Shown: one piece after another, positions 1-9,440 of the stretch
Layout: each line of letters opens with the position of its first letter
How positions within the stretch are numbered: the stretch's first letter is position 1
Assembly: GCA_934757155.1 (NCBI GenBank)
Contig: CAKVLI010000005.1
Span: 22,366-86,365 of the forward strand
Origin: an uncultured Candidatus Melainabacteria bacterium
GTDB lineage: Bacteria; Cyanobacteriota; Vampirovibrionia; Gastranaerophilales; Gastranaerophilaceae
Length of the DNA stretch: 64,000 nt
Reading direction: 5' to 3'
Notes under the pieces: generated by a model
Database searches by the model: none
What the model was told of the DNA's origin: nothing
Seen by the model: the letters and a program-made list of their open reading frames with translations, nothing else
Program-made: the position numbers and the translations under genes

Positions 1-1506
1 TCAATTATGGGGCACGTTGATCACGGTAAAACGACTTTGCTCGACAGTATCAGAGCTTCAAAACATAAAATTGTTGCAACCGAGGTCGGTGGTATTACAC
101 AGTCAATCGGTGCGTATACGGTTTATTTGGACAATAACAAAGAAAAGAAAATTGTGTTTGTCGATACTCCTGGTCACGAAGCGTTTACAGAAATGCGTGC
201 CAGAGGTGCGAAAGCTACTGATATCGCGATTCTCGTTGTTGCGGCCGATGATGGTATCATGCCTCAGACAATTGAAGCTATTAACCACGCAAAAGCTGCA
301 GAAGTACCGATTATCGTTGCTGTAAACAAAATTGATAAACCGGGTGCTGACCCTGACAGAATTTTGCAACAGTTGACCGAACACGGACTTGTGCCGGAAG
401 AATGGGGTGGAGATACAATTACAGTCAAAGTTTCAGCTCTTCAAGGTATTGGTATTGATGAACTATTGGAATACATACTTTTGGTTGCTGATTTGCAAGA
501 CCTTAAAGCTAATCCTAAGGCTGAAGCGTCAGGTGTTGTTATTGAAGCAAACCTTGATAAAGGTAAAGGTCCTGTTGCAACACTGCTTGTTCAAAACGGT
601 ACACTCAGAGCAGGTAACTGCATTGTCGTAGGTACTGCTTGCGGACGTGTAAGAGCGTTGCTTTCAGACTCAGGCGAAAGAATTCAAAAGGCTGAACCTT
701 CAACTCCGGTTGAGATATTAGGTTTGACTGAAGTTCCAAACGCAGGTGATTACTTTGAAGTTGTTAAGAACGAAAAAGAAATGAAAGCAATCGTTGACAA
801 GCGTAAGGAAAAAGAACGTAATAAGAGACTTGATGCAATGCTTCCTGCTCATATGAGAAGAGAAGCCGGTGATGCTGAGGGTGATATTCCGCAATTGAAT
901 TTGATTATTAAAGCGAACACCCACGGTGCTGCTGAAGCTGTATCTCAAGCAATTGCACAATTTGAGTCAAAAGAAATTGTTACAAAAATTATCCACGTTG
1001 GTGTTGGTGATATTTCAGAAGCCGATGTTATGTTGGCATCTGCGTCTAACGCGTTGATTCTCGGATTTACCGTAAAAGAAGATTCAAACGCGCTTGCGGC
1101 TGCTGAAAGAGAAGGCGTAACAATCAAGAAATATGATATTATTTACCAAATCCTTGAAGATATTGAAAAGACAATGATTTCACTTCTTTCACCTGATATT
1201 AAAGAAGTTGTAACGGGTCAGGTTGAAATCAGACAAATCTTCACAATCGGTAAGACAACTAAGATTGCAGGTTGTTATGTAACCGAAGGTAAGATTAACA
1301 GAAATGATACCGCAGAAATCTTTAGAAACGGTTCTTCAATCTTCAAAGGCTCTGTTGACCAGTTGAAACGTTTCAAAGATGACGTTAAGGAAGTCGCACA
1401 AGGTTTTGAATGTGGTATTTCATTCGTTAAGTTCAACGATATTCAAGAAGGCGATATTGTTAAATTTACTACAACCAAAGAAATCGACCGTACCGAACTT
1501 GAATAA
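1..1506 (+). CDS. infB: Translation initiation factor IF-2, C-terminal ~500 aa (5' end outside window)
   Basis: Frame open to the window edge. GTPase motifs GHVDHGKTT, DTPGH, NKID, then an IF-2 C-terminal region. TAA stop at 1504-1506. Confidence 0.95.
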   Translation, partial: SIMGHVDHGKTTLLDSIRASKHKIVATEVGGITQSIGAYTVYLDNNKEKKIVFVDTPGHEAFTEMRARGAKATDIAILVVAADDGIMPQTIEAINHAKAAEVPIIVAVNKIDKPGADPDRILQQLTEHGLVPEEWGGDTITVKVSALQGIGIDELLEYILLVADLQDLKANPKAEASGVVIEANLDKGKGPVATLLVQNGTLRAGNCIVVGTACGRVRALLSDSGERIQKAEPSTPVEILGLTEVPNAGDYFEVVKNEKEMKAIVDKRKEKERNKRLDAMLPAHMRREAGDAEGDIPQLNLIIKANTHGAAEAVSQAIAQFESKEIVTKIIHVGVGDISEADVMLASASNALILGFTVKEDSNALAAAEREGVTIKKYDIIYQILEDIEKTMISLLSPDIKEVVTGQVEIRQIFTIGKTTKIAGCYVTEGKINRNDTAEIFRNGSSIFKGSVDQLKRFKDDVKEVAQGFECGISFVKFNDIQEGDIVKFTTTKEIDRTELE

Positions 1507-1512
1507 ACTCCT

Positions 1513-1542
1513 GCGAGCGTGTGCTTTGCACAATAGCGAGCG
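1513..1542. repeat. Mini-hairpin TGTGC-TTT-GCACA flanked by direct GCGAGCG heptamers
   Basis: GCGAGCG 1513-1519 and 1536-1542. Stem 1520-1524/1528-1532. An inverted relative lies at 9501-9530. Confidence 0.7.
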
Positions 1543-1611
1543 AGAACGTGCGGGTTTGCCCGCCTGTTAATACAACCGAGGGTTGTTAAAAACTTGATTT
1601 ACCGCATCAAA

Positions 1612-4116
1612 CTAGAATTTCTTCAAATGAGCATACGCAGCGTCCATAGCTTTTTTGCCAAGTTTGCCAAAATCTATTGTATACATAGTACTTTCGCCGA
1701 TTTGGATAACGTCTGTGATGTGTCCGATACCGAGTTTTTCGTGGAAAACTCTTTCGCCGACATTAAAGAAATATTGAGTTGCAGTGTTTTTGAGTTCAGC
1801 TTCTTTTTGGCGTTCTTCTGAAAGTCTAGCCTCTTCGCGTTTGCGTTCTTCAAGTCTGCGTTTCATTACGTTGTTTTCAAAGAAAGCTTTAATTTTTTCA
1901 TCTTCCTTCTGCTTATTAATAGGGTTTTTAGATATGAAGGCTCTCTTTGGTGTGCGCGTAGGCTGTGCAGAATAGCTTGACGGCTTAGAACTAATTGTTT
2001 TGCTTACGACATTGTTGTTTTTGCTTCCCGGGGCAACAAAATTTGCTCCAAATCCTGTTGTAGGTTTGACGTATCCGTCATTATCAGCAGGCGCGTAATT
2101 TTTTTTGACTGTTTTTACTGCGCTTGTGAAGGTGCTTCTTGGGGAGAATTCGCTTTCACAAGACTCTTCCCTATCCAACAGGTTAGACGGAATTTCGTCC
2201 ACGAATCTGCTCGGTGTGTAATACTTGTATTCACCCCACATTTGACGACGTTTTGCAGTTGTCAGGTAGAGTTTTGTTTCTGCACGAGTAATTCCGACGT
2301 ACATTAATCTGCGCTCTTCTTCAAGTTCGGAATTGATATTCATAGTTCTCGCAGAAGGGAAAATTCCTTCGTCACAGCCTGCAATGTAGACAATCGGGAA
2401 CTCCAAACCCTTTGACGCATGGAGTGTCATCAAAGTTACGTTGTTCGCAATCTCGTCCATTCCGTCGATATCGGATACAAGAGATACCTGAACAAGGAAT
2501 TCTCCGAGGATGTTGTCGGGTTCTTCCGGCTCAAATTCGTTGGCTACGTTAACTAACTCCTGCAAGTTCTCAATTCTGGTTTCGTCTTCTTCTGTTCCTG
2601 TCGCTTGCAATTCTCTCAAATATCCGCTCTTTTCAAGCACAAACCCCAAAAATTCAGGCAAATTGTATCTGCTTTGAGCATCTTTGAGCTTTGTGATAAG
2701 AGTTGCAAAGTCTTTTAGCTTAGTTGCTGTGCCTGATTTGATTGTAGAAATGTTATCCACATCCAAAATTGCTGCAAATAAACTTATATCCTCGTTATCA
2801 GCGTATTCTTGAAGGTGTTTAAGCGTTGTTTCACCAATTGCACGCTTAGGTACATTAATAATTCGTCTTAATGACTGTGAATCATCAGTGTTATAGATTA
2901 GCTTCAAATATGCAATCGCATCTTTAATTTCTTTACGGTCATAGAACTTCAAACCGCCATAAATCCTGTATGGTACACCTGCAGCAATCAAAGCTTCTTC
3001 TAATGCACGGGATTGCGCGTTTGTTCTGTATAAAACCGCGAACTGGTTGTAGTTATCAGAGGTGTTTACGATGGATTTTACAATGTAATTCGCTTCATCC
3101 GCCTCATCTTGAGCCTCATAATAAGTAATTTTTTCACCGTCTCCCTTTTGGGAATAAAGAACTTTGTCCACACGCTCTTCGTTATTCTCAATGACTGCAT
3201 TTGCGGCATTAAGAATGTTTGCGGTTGAACGATAGTTTTGTTCAAGTTTAACGATTTTTGCGTCAGGAAAATCTTTTTGGAAATTCATAATTATTCTGAA
3301 ATCCGCACCACGCCAGCTGTAAATAGACTGGTCGACATCACCTACTACGCAAAGAGAACGCTCCGGCGGAATATATTTCTCAAAATTTGTGTACAAAGCA
3401 TTAACCAGCTGATATTGAGCTTGGTTTGTGTCCTGATACTCGTCCACAAGTATGTGTTGGAATTTGTCGTAATATTTCTTTCTGACAGCAGGATTTTGTT
3501 CCAAAAGTTTTACTGTCAAAAGAAGCATGTCGTCAAAATCGATTGCGTTATTGTTGTTGAGTGTGTTTTCGTAAAGCTCAAAGATTTTTGCAATATTTTG
3601 TGACTTAAAATCTCTTGCAAATGTTGCAAATGTGTACGCGTCTTGCATCTTGTTTTTTGCGTTAGAGATAACTGTTTTTACAAGCTTTGGAGCATAAATC
3701 TTGTCATCCAGATTAAGCTTTTTGATAGCTTGCTTGATTACGGCGAGAGAGTCTGTTTCGTCGTAAATAGTAAAGTTTTTATCGAGTTTCTTTCCTGATT
3801 GGAAGGAATAGTTTTCAATATCTTGTCTTAAAATTCTTCCGCAAATACTGTGGAAAGTACCCACCCACATATATTTGACATTCTTTTCTCCGATAATTGA
3901 AGTAAGTCTTTCTTTCATTTCACGTGCAGCTTTGTTGGTAAATGTTACGGCAAGTATTCTGCCTGCAATTGCGCCGTGTTGAATCATATATGCAATACGA
4001 GTGGTCAAAACTCTGGTCTTACCACTGCCTGCACCTGCAAGAATAAGCAACGCGCCTTCCGTAGTTCTTGCGGCATCCTGTTGTTCGCTGTTGAGATTTT
4101 CTAAAATATTTTCCAT
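1612..4116 (-). CDS. pcrA: ATP-dependent DNA helicase PcrA/UvrD (SF1)
   Basis: AGAGSGKT Walker A, VDEYQDT, QNYRS, TLHASKGLEF, VGITRA motifs. C-terminal Tudor-like tail (GERVFHEKLGIG). Confidence 0.9.
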   Translation of the reverse strand: MENILENLNSEQQDAARTTEGALLILAGAGSGKTRVLTTRIAYMIQHGAIAGRILAVTFTNKAAREMKERLTSIIGEKNVKYMWVGTFHSICGRILRQDIENYSFQSGKKLDKNFTIYDETDSLAVIKQAIKKLNLDDKIYAPKLVKTVISNAKNKMQDAYTFATFARDFKSQNIAKIFELYENTLNNNNAIDFDDMLLLTVKLLEQNPAVRKKYYDKFQHILVDEYQDTNQAQYQLVNALYTNFEKYIPPERSLCVVGDVDQSIYSWRGADFRIIMNFQKDFPDAKIVKLEQNYRSTANILNAANAVIENNEERVDKVLYSQKGDGEKITYYEAQDEADEANYIVKSIVNTSDNYNQFAVLYRTNAQSRALEEALIAAGVPYRIYGGLKFYDRKEIKDAIAYLKLIYNTDDSQSLRRIINVPKRAIGETTLKHLQEYADNEDISLFAAILDVDNISTIKSGTATKLKDFATLITKLKDAQSRYNLPEFLGFVLEKSGYLRELQATGTEEDETRIENLQELVNVANEFEPEEPDNILGEFLVQVSLVSDIDGMDEIANNVTLMTLHASKGLEFPIVYIAGCDEGIFPSARTMNINSELEEERRLMYVGITRAETKLYLTTAKRRQMWGEYKYYTPSRFVDEIPSNLLDREESCESEFSPRSTFTSAVKTVKKNYAPADNDGYVKPTTGFGANFVAPGSKNNNVVSKTISSKPSSYSAQPTRTPKRAFISKNPINKQKEDEKIKAFFENNVMKRRLEERKREEARLSEERQKEAELKNTATQYFFNVGERVFHEKLGIGHITDVIQIGESTMYTIDFGKLGKKAMDAAYAHLKKF

Positions 4117-4203
4117 TCCCCTATTCCCAAATGCATGATTTTATGCTATTATATCCTAGCATACACAAAATAGGTATTATTTGCAATTAATAAAGGTGGT
4201 ACG

Positions 4204-4779
4204 ATGATTGAAATTTTAGATTCTTTGGATGATGAGCAAAAACAGCCGTCTATTATGGTTCCGATGGGTGATATGGATGTAGCTGACAATGCTCCCGATA
4301 CTGTTGATGAGTTAGCAATGGAATTAGCAACTATTAAACAGCCCGCCAAAAGAATCGCAATCATAGGTTCACGTAACCTTGCTATCACTCACCAACAAAT
4401 GATTGAAACTCTTACAACAGCTCTTGTAATGCAAGGTAACACTATTATTACATCAGGCGGTTCTTGCGGTACAAACGCAGCTGCAATCAGAGGTGCTATG
4501 AAGTCTAATCCTGATAAATTGAAGGTTATTTTGCCTCAAACAATCGGTCAACAGCCTTCTGACGTTCAAGATCAGCTTATCGGTGTTCCGAATATTGTTG
4601 AACACGCTGATAGAGCAATGATGACTTTGGCTGACGCTTCAAGAGTTTGTAACAGAGAAATTATTGATGATTGCAATCAGTTAATTTGCTTCTTATCTCA
4701 TACGAGCCGTACTCTTCATACAGCTCTAGAGTATGCGGATGAAGCTCACAAAGTAGTAACAGTATTTTATTTAGACTAG
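4204..4779 (+). CDS. DprA/Smf-like Rossmann-fold (SLOG-type) protein, single domain, acidic N-terminus
   Basis: IAIIGSRN...ITSGGSCGTNAAAIRGAM resembles the DprA pattern GSR...SGxAxGIDxxAH. No SAM or winged-helix domains. Confidence 0.5.
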   Translation: MIEILDSLDDEQKQPSIMVPMGDMDVADNAPDTVDELAMELATIKQPAKRIAIIGSRNLAITHQQMIETLTTALVMQGNTIITSGGSCGTNAAAIRGAMKSNPDKLKVILPQTIGQQPSDVQDQLIGVPNIVEHADRAMMTLADASRVCNREIIDDCNQLICFLSHTSRTLHTALEYADEAHKVVTVFYLD

Positions 4780-4797
4780 ACTAAAACGGAAAGTTTT

Positions 4798-5973
4798 ATG
4801 GATTTAATAAAAAAGCTCACAGGTAAAAATCCGGCGGATTATGAATCTGTTGCGCGGGCTCTTGTTGACAATTCAGACAAAGAATTGTTCTCAAAGCTCG
4901 TGAAACAGGACGATTTTCTGTTTGATTTTATAAAAAACAATGTTGCCAAAAGAATTCAGGACGCTTGTAATAACGATAATTATTTGAACTTGTTTAACTT
5001 TTTAGACTGTTATTCACCTTCTTATGACACAATGATAGCAAGGGTTTTGTACTCTTATGGCGGAGACGAGCTTTTTGAAAAAATAAAAGATATATATTTG
5101 AACGGCTCAGATTCAGAAAGGGCTTATGCTGCGAAGTTTTTCTCTTTTGTGAACAAAGAGCTTTTGAAAGAATTGCTGCCGAGTTTAAGAGTGTCTGCAT
5201 ACTCTGATTTTGAACCGCTTGCTGTGAATTCGGCAGAAGTCTTGTCAATTTTGCAGGATGAGGAGTCTAAGAATGCGGCACTGAAAGCTCTTGAAGCAGA
5301 AGACGAGTTCGCTTGTTTTGATGCGGTAAAATTCTTGGCTGCGTATCAAGCTAAAGATTCTGTGGACAAGGTTATTGAGGTTATGAGAAAGTCTTCTTTT
5401 TCTGAAAATATTGCCTCCGAAATTCCTTACTTGATACCGTTGACGGAATTGGCGGAACAGGATGATGAAGCTGCTGCTTTAGTATTGTGTAATATTATTA
5501 ACGCCATGCCGGAAATTGTCCCGCTCACCGCTATTATTGATTATGACTTATATTCAGTGTTTGAAAAAATCTTGTCAAAACCTTTGAACAGTTATAATGC
5601 CGTGTTGTTAAGGCTAGCGAAAGACAAAATTGGTGAACTTGCTCAAAATGAAGAATACCTTTTTGATTCAGACAAAAATACAAAAGAGAGTGTGTTCGAG
5701 TTGGATAAACTTTTGAATGGTTTGAACAATAAAAAGCTCAAAAGTTATTTCTATGACGAACTTTTTGACGGAAGTGATTTTGTGTTTTTTGCACTTGATT
5801 ATGTGGATGAAATTGAAGAGTTAGAGTCGCTTTTGGATAGCCAAAACCAAACTCTTGTGTTGAAGGTTTTAACCCTTCTTAAAGACAAAGCTGTGTTAAA
5901 TCATGAGCATAAAAACATTGCACTCAATGCTGTGACTTCGGACGATATTAAAAAAATAATTGAAGTTCTATAA
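4798..5973 (+). CDS. Hypothetical alpha-helical repeat (HEAT/ARM-like) protein
   Basis: 391-aa ORF, SD-like GGAAAG upstream, helical repeat-like composition. No recognised catalytic motif. Confidence 0.6.
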   Translation: MDLIKKLTGKNPADYESVARALVDNSDKELFSKLVKQDDFLFDFIKNNVAKRIQDACNNDNYLNLFNFLDCYSPSYDTMIARVLYSYGGDELFEKIKDIYLNGSDSERAYAAKFFSFVNKELLKELLPSLRVSAYSDFEPLAVNSAEVLSILQDEESKNAALKALEAEDEFACFDAVKFLAAYQAKDSVDKVIEVMRKSSFSENIASEIPYLIPLTELAEQDDEAAALVLCNIINAMPEIVPLTAIIDYDLYSVFEKILSKPLNSYNAVLLRLAKDKIGELAQNEEYLFDSDKNTKESVFELDKLLNGLNNKKLKSYFYDELFDGSDFVFFALDYVDEIEELESLLDSQNQTLVLKVLTLLKDKAVLNHEHKNIALNAVTSDDIKKIIEVL

Positions 5974-6252
5974 ACAGTATTCCGAATTACCTAATTCTAA
6001 ATCTCTGTTAAATTCGCGGATGAGTTCGGATGAGATTCTCCAGTTGATTTTGCCTTGCGGATACTTGATGTAGTGCGTTGCAGAACATAGAGTCGACACA
6101 TAACATGCGTCCAAAACATTCATAAACGATATATCTACGCTCATGTTTTCGCACGGAAACTTGTTGATATATGAGTTAATGTATTCAACTGCGCTCTCCG
6201 GATTAGTACTATTCGGTTTTAGCGTTTCATTTTGGGGTAATAGTTGTAGCAT
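5968..6252 (-). CDS. Hypothetical small protein (94 aa)
   Basis: AAGGA SD 8 nt upstream of the ATG. Convergent 6-nt overlap with the previous gene. No recognised domain. Confidence 0.4.
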   Translation of the reverse strand: MLQLLPQNETLKPNSTNPESAVEYINSYINKFPCENMSVDISFMNVLDACYVSTLCSATHYIKYPQGKINWRISSELIREFNRDLELGNSEYCL

Positions 6253-6384
6253 GTATATTTCCTTAACTCTATTTCTAACGGCATTATTTTTAACTTTTTT
6301 AACAGTTTTTGAATTAAATCAACCTTTTGGTTGAAATTTATAATATAATTCTGTATAAGAGAAAAATAAAAAAGGGGAACGGTT

Positions 6385-6933
6385 ATGGCAGAACTTAAGA
6401 ATAATGCTCTGGAAGCAGCAAAAAAGATTAAATTAATGGCTTTTGACGTTGATGGTGTAATGACTGACGGAAGTGTCACGTATGACGAAAACGGGGTTGA
6501 ATACAAAACTTTTAACGTTAAAGACGGTCACGGGCTTGTTAGAATGGGACGCTCAGGATTTATTACGGCAATAATTACTGCAAGAAACAACGGAACAGTC
6601 AAACATCGTGCTGAAAATCTTAACATAACTGAACTTTATCAAGGTCAACGTTACAAATTGCCTGCACTGGAAGAAATCATGGCGAAATATAATCTTACTT
6701 ACGAAAATGTTTCTTATATGGGCGATGACCTTCCGGATATCTGTATTCTCGAAAAAGTCGGTTTGGCCTGCTGTCCGAATGATGCAGTAAAAGAGGTTCA
6801 AGAGATTTGTAATTTTAAATCTTCAATAAACGGCGGACGTGGTGCTGTAAGAGAACTCTGTGACTTTATTCTTGATGCTCAAGGAATAGAGAAAGAATAC
6901 ATTGTCTCAGAAGGCAAAGCTAAAAAGAATTAG
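6385..6933 (+). CDS. kdsC: 3-deoxy-D-manno-octulosonate 8-phosphate phosphatase (HAD-IIIA)
   Basis: FDVDGVMTDG and GDDLPD HAD motifs. Length and layout typical of KdsC. Confidence 0.85.
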   Translation: MAELKNNALEAAKKIKLMAFDVDGVMTDGSVTYDENGVEYKTFNVKDGHGLVRMGRSGFITAIITARNNGTVKHRAENLNITELYQGQRYKLPALEEIMAKYNLTYENVSYMGDDLPDICILEKVGLACCPNDAVKEVQEICNFKSSINGGRGAVRELCDFILDAQGIEKEYIVSEGKAKKN

Positions 6934-6938
6934 AACCG

Positions 6939-9332
6939 GTGCCAGTTTTGCTTAAAAATTTTTGCGGGTTAATTGAAAGGAATAAGAATGTTTTGATGCT
7001 CCTCTCAGCAGGGGTCTATATACTTGCTCTGTATGCGGTGCTATCTTCGCATTTGCTTGTGCTGTCGCTAATATTTACGATAGTTCTAATTTTGCTTATA
7101 TCATTCAACCTTCTTCCGACAAAGTATGTGCTTGTTTGGCTAACAATCTTTTATCTCGGAGTGATTAATACATCCGCAAGACTCAAAAATGTGGACGAGC
7201 TTCTTAATCTCGCCCCTCTTAATTCCGAAATTACGGGAAAAGTTCTTACGATTCCGCAAGGGAAGTTGGATGGGAAACAGAAGTTTTTCTTTGATGTTGA
7301 AAAGATTAAATTCGGCTCAGTTGAGAAACATTTTGAGAATGAAAAAGTATTGGTAACACTGAATTCTGATGATGCGGATTTGAAGCTTTTTGATACAATA
7401 TCGCTTTCAGGCAGATTGTCTGCGCCTTTCAAGGCCGGTAATCCCTCGCAATTTGATTACGGAAACTATTTGAGAAATCACCGTGCGTATTCTGTTTTCT
7501 ACGCAAAAGATTATGTAAAACTGAATTCCACACTGTCTTTGAAAGAAAAAACAATGCAGAAAATCAATAATTATAGAGAAAATGTTATCAATATCCATTC
7601 GAAATACTTAAAATCCCCTAACCTTGAGATTTTGGGCGGAATTGTTTTTGGTGATGACGCTGTTTCTCCGCCACAGAATATTAAACAATCTTTTATAAAC
7701 TCAGGCTTGCTCCATATTTTAGCTGCTTCCGGCATGAACGTTGCGTTTATTTACACGTTTTTCTTTGCGATTATGTCCTTGTTCAGAATTAATTTCAAAA
7801 CGAAAGTTTCGCTTGGGATTGTAACTGTGGTTATTTATTCTTTGATGACAGGACTCGGTGCATCGGTTATCAGAGCTGCGTGTATGTTAATCTTTGTGCT
7901 TTTGGGAAAATTGATAGACAGAGACGCTCACAGTATATCTTTGCTATCTTTTGTTGCGCTGTTGATGCTGATTTACAATCCGATGTATATAAATGATGTC
8001 GGATTTCAGCTTTCGTTTATTGTAACTTTCGGCATTCTTGTTATGGCACCTGCGGTTGCAAGGTTTAAGAACAAATTTTTGGATTTTCTTGCAGGAACGG
8101 TCGCAATTCCGATTATTGCGCAGTTGTGGGTTATTCCGATTCAGATTTTTTATTTCAATAATATAAGTTTATATTCTGTGTTTGCAAATATTATGAGTGT
8201 GCCGATACTTATGGTGTTGAGTTTTGGCGGGTTTGTGAGTTCTCTATTGTGCGCAATAAAACCGTTGGCAAGTTTTATTTGTCAGGTTTTCGATTTTATA
8301 CTGAATCCTCTGCTGACACTACTTGTTAACATTTCGGATTTTTGGGGACAGTTACCGCATTCTACTATGCAAACGACTCATCCCAGCGTATTTCAAATTT
8401 TTGTTTATTACGGAATTTTGCTTTGTATTGCAGGACTTTTGTACAAAGAATTGCGTGAGAAATATTTGAAGAAACTTTTGATTTCTTTTGCTGTTTTGTT
8501 CGTGACTTGGATGATTACCTTGATTCCTGTCAAAAATTCTAACCTTGAGATTACGGCGTTTGATGTTGGAAACGCTGATTGTTTCTTGATTAAAACCCCT
8601 CAAAACGAATACTTAATGATTGATACAGCCAAAAACGGTTACAAAGGCGGAAAATCGCAGGCAGAATTGATTGTTTTGAAGTATTTCAAAGATAACGGGA
8701 TTAAGAATATTGATACGATTATTGTGACTCACTTTGATAACGACCACTGCGGCGGAGCGGTTGATTTGATGAATGGGGTTAAGGTCAAAAACTTGTATGT
8801 AAACGATTTGAACCACGATTCTTATGCCGCAAAAGACATATATAAAACTGCAAAAGAGACCGGTGTGAATCTGATTTTGGCTGTAAACTCACAGACTGTT
8901 TACGATAAATCGGGTGTGAGTTTAGTCAATTATCTTCCTAAAACCGGTGGGAGTGATAATGACAACTCAATTATTACGACTCTAGGATACAAAGATTTTT
9001 CAATGTTGTTCACCGGTGATGCCGGTGAAGAGGCTTTAAACTCTGTAATTGGGAGCTTGGGGCAAAATTATACGGTTTTGAAGGTCCCGCACCACGGCGC
9101 GCATGGTGTTTTGAATAAAAAGATTATGAGAGTTTTAAACCCTAAATACTCTTTGATTTCTGTCGGGGAGAACAAATTCGGGCATCCGGATGTCTATACG
9201 CTTTCTTTGTTAGACAATTCCACTGTATTGAGAACTGATATTCATAATGCGGTAAAGTTTGTTGTTGACAAGCATGGGCTGAAAGTTCTGACTTACGATA
9301 TGAAACGACGAAAGTTCGTAATCAAACTTTAA
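6939..9332 (+). CDS. comEC: DNA internalisation competence protein ComEC/Rec2 with C-terminal metallo-beta-lactamase domain
   Basis: Polytopic competence domain. HFDNDHCGG and VPHHG beta-lactamase-fold motifs. GTG start at 6939, with an alternative ATG at 6996. Confidence 0.9.
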   Translation: MPVLLKNFCGLIERNKNVLMLLSAGVYILALYAVLSSHLLVLSLIFTIVLILLISFNLLPTKYVLVWLTIFYLGVINTSARLKNVDELLNLAPLNSEITGKVLTIPQGKLDGKQKFFFDVEKIKFGSVEKHFENEKVLVTLNSDDADLKLFDTISLSGRLSAPFKAGNPSQFDYGNYLRNHRAYSVFYAKDYVKLNSTLSLKEKTMQKINNYRENVINIHSKYLKSPNLEILGGIVFGDDAVSPPQNIKQSFINSGLLHILAASGMNVAFIYTFFFAIMSLFRINFKTKVSLGIVTVVIYSLMTGLGASVIRAACMLIFVLLGKLIDRDAHSISLLSFVALLMLIYNPMYINDVGFQLSFIVTFGILVMAPAVARFKNKFLDFLAGTVAIPIIAQLWVIPIQIFYFNNISLYSVFANIMSVPILMVLSFGGFVSSLLCAIKPLASFICQVFDFILNPLLTLLVNISDFWGQLPHSTMQTTHPSVFQIFVYYGILLCIAGLLYKELREKYLKKLLISFAVLFVTWMITLIPVKNSNLEITAFDVGNADCFLIKTPQNEYLMIDTAKNGYKGGKSQAELIVLKYFKDNGIKNIDTIIVTHFDNDHCGGAVDLMNGVKVKNLYVNDLNHDSYAAKDIYKTAKETGVNLILAVNSQTVYDKSGVSLVNYLPKTGGSDNDNSIITTLGYKDFSMLFTGDAGEEALNSVIGSLGQNYTVLKVPHHGAHGVLNKKIMRVLNPKYSLISVGENKFGHPDVYTLSLLDNSTVLRTDIHNAVKFVVDKHGLKVLTYDMKRRKFVIKL

Positions 9333-9376
9333 TTCTACATTTTATTAAGTTTTTATTTAAATTTTAGTAGTAAATT

Positions 9377-9440
9377 CCTATTTCTTTTTCTTTTACCTTG
9401 CAAACAAAAGAAAAAGAAATAGGAAGAAAGAAAAAGAAAA
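9377..9440. repeat. Three-tract Y/R element: perfect 18-bp hairpin plus mirror-repeat purine tract (triplex/H-DNA geometry), copy 1
   Basis: CCTATTTCTTTTTCTTTT (9377-9394), 11-nt loop, AAAAGAAAAAGAAATAGG (9406-9423). 9427-9440 AAAGAAAAAGAAAA is the mirror of 9406-9419. Confidence 0.85.
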
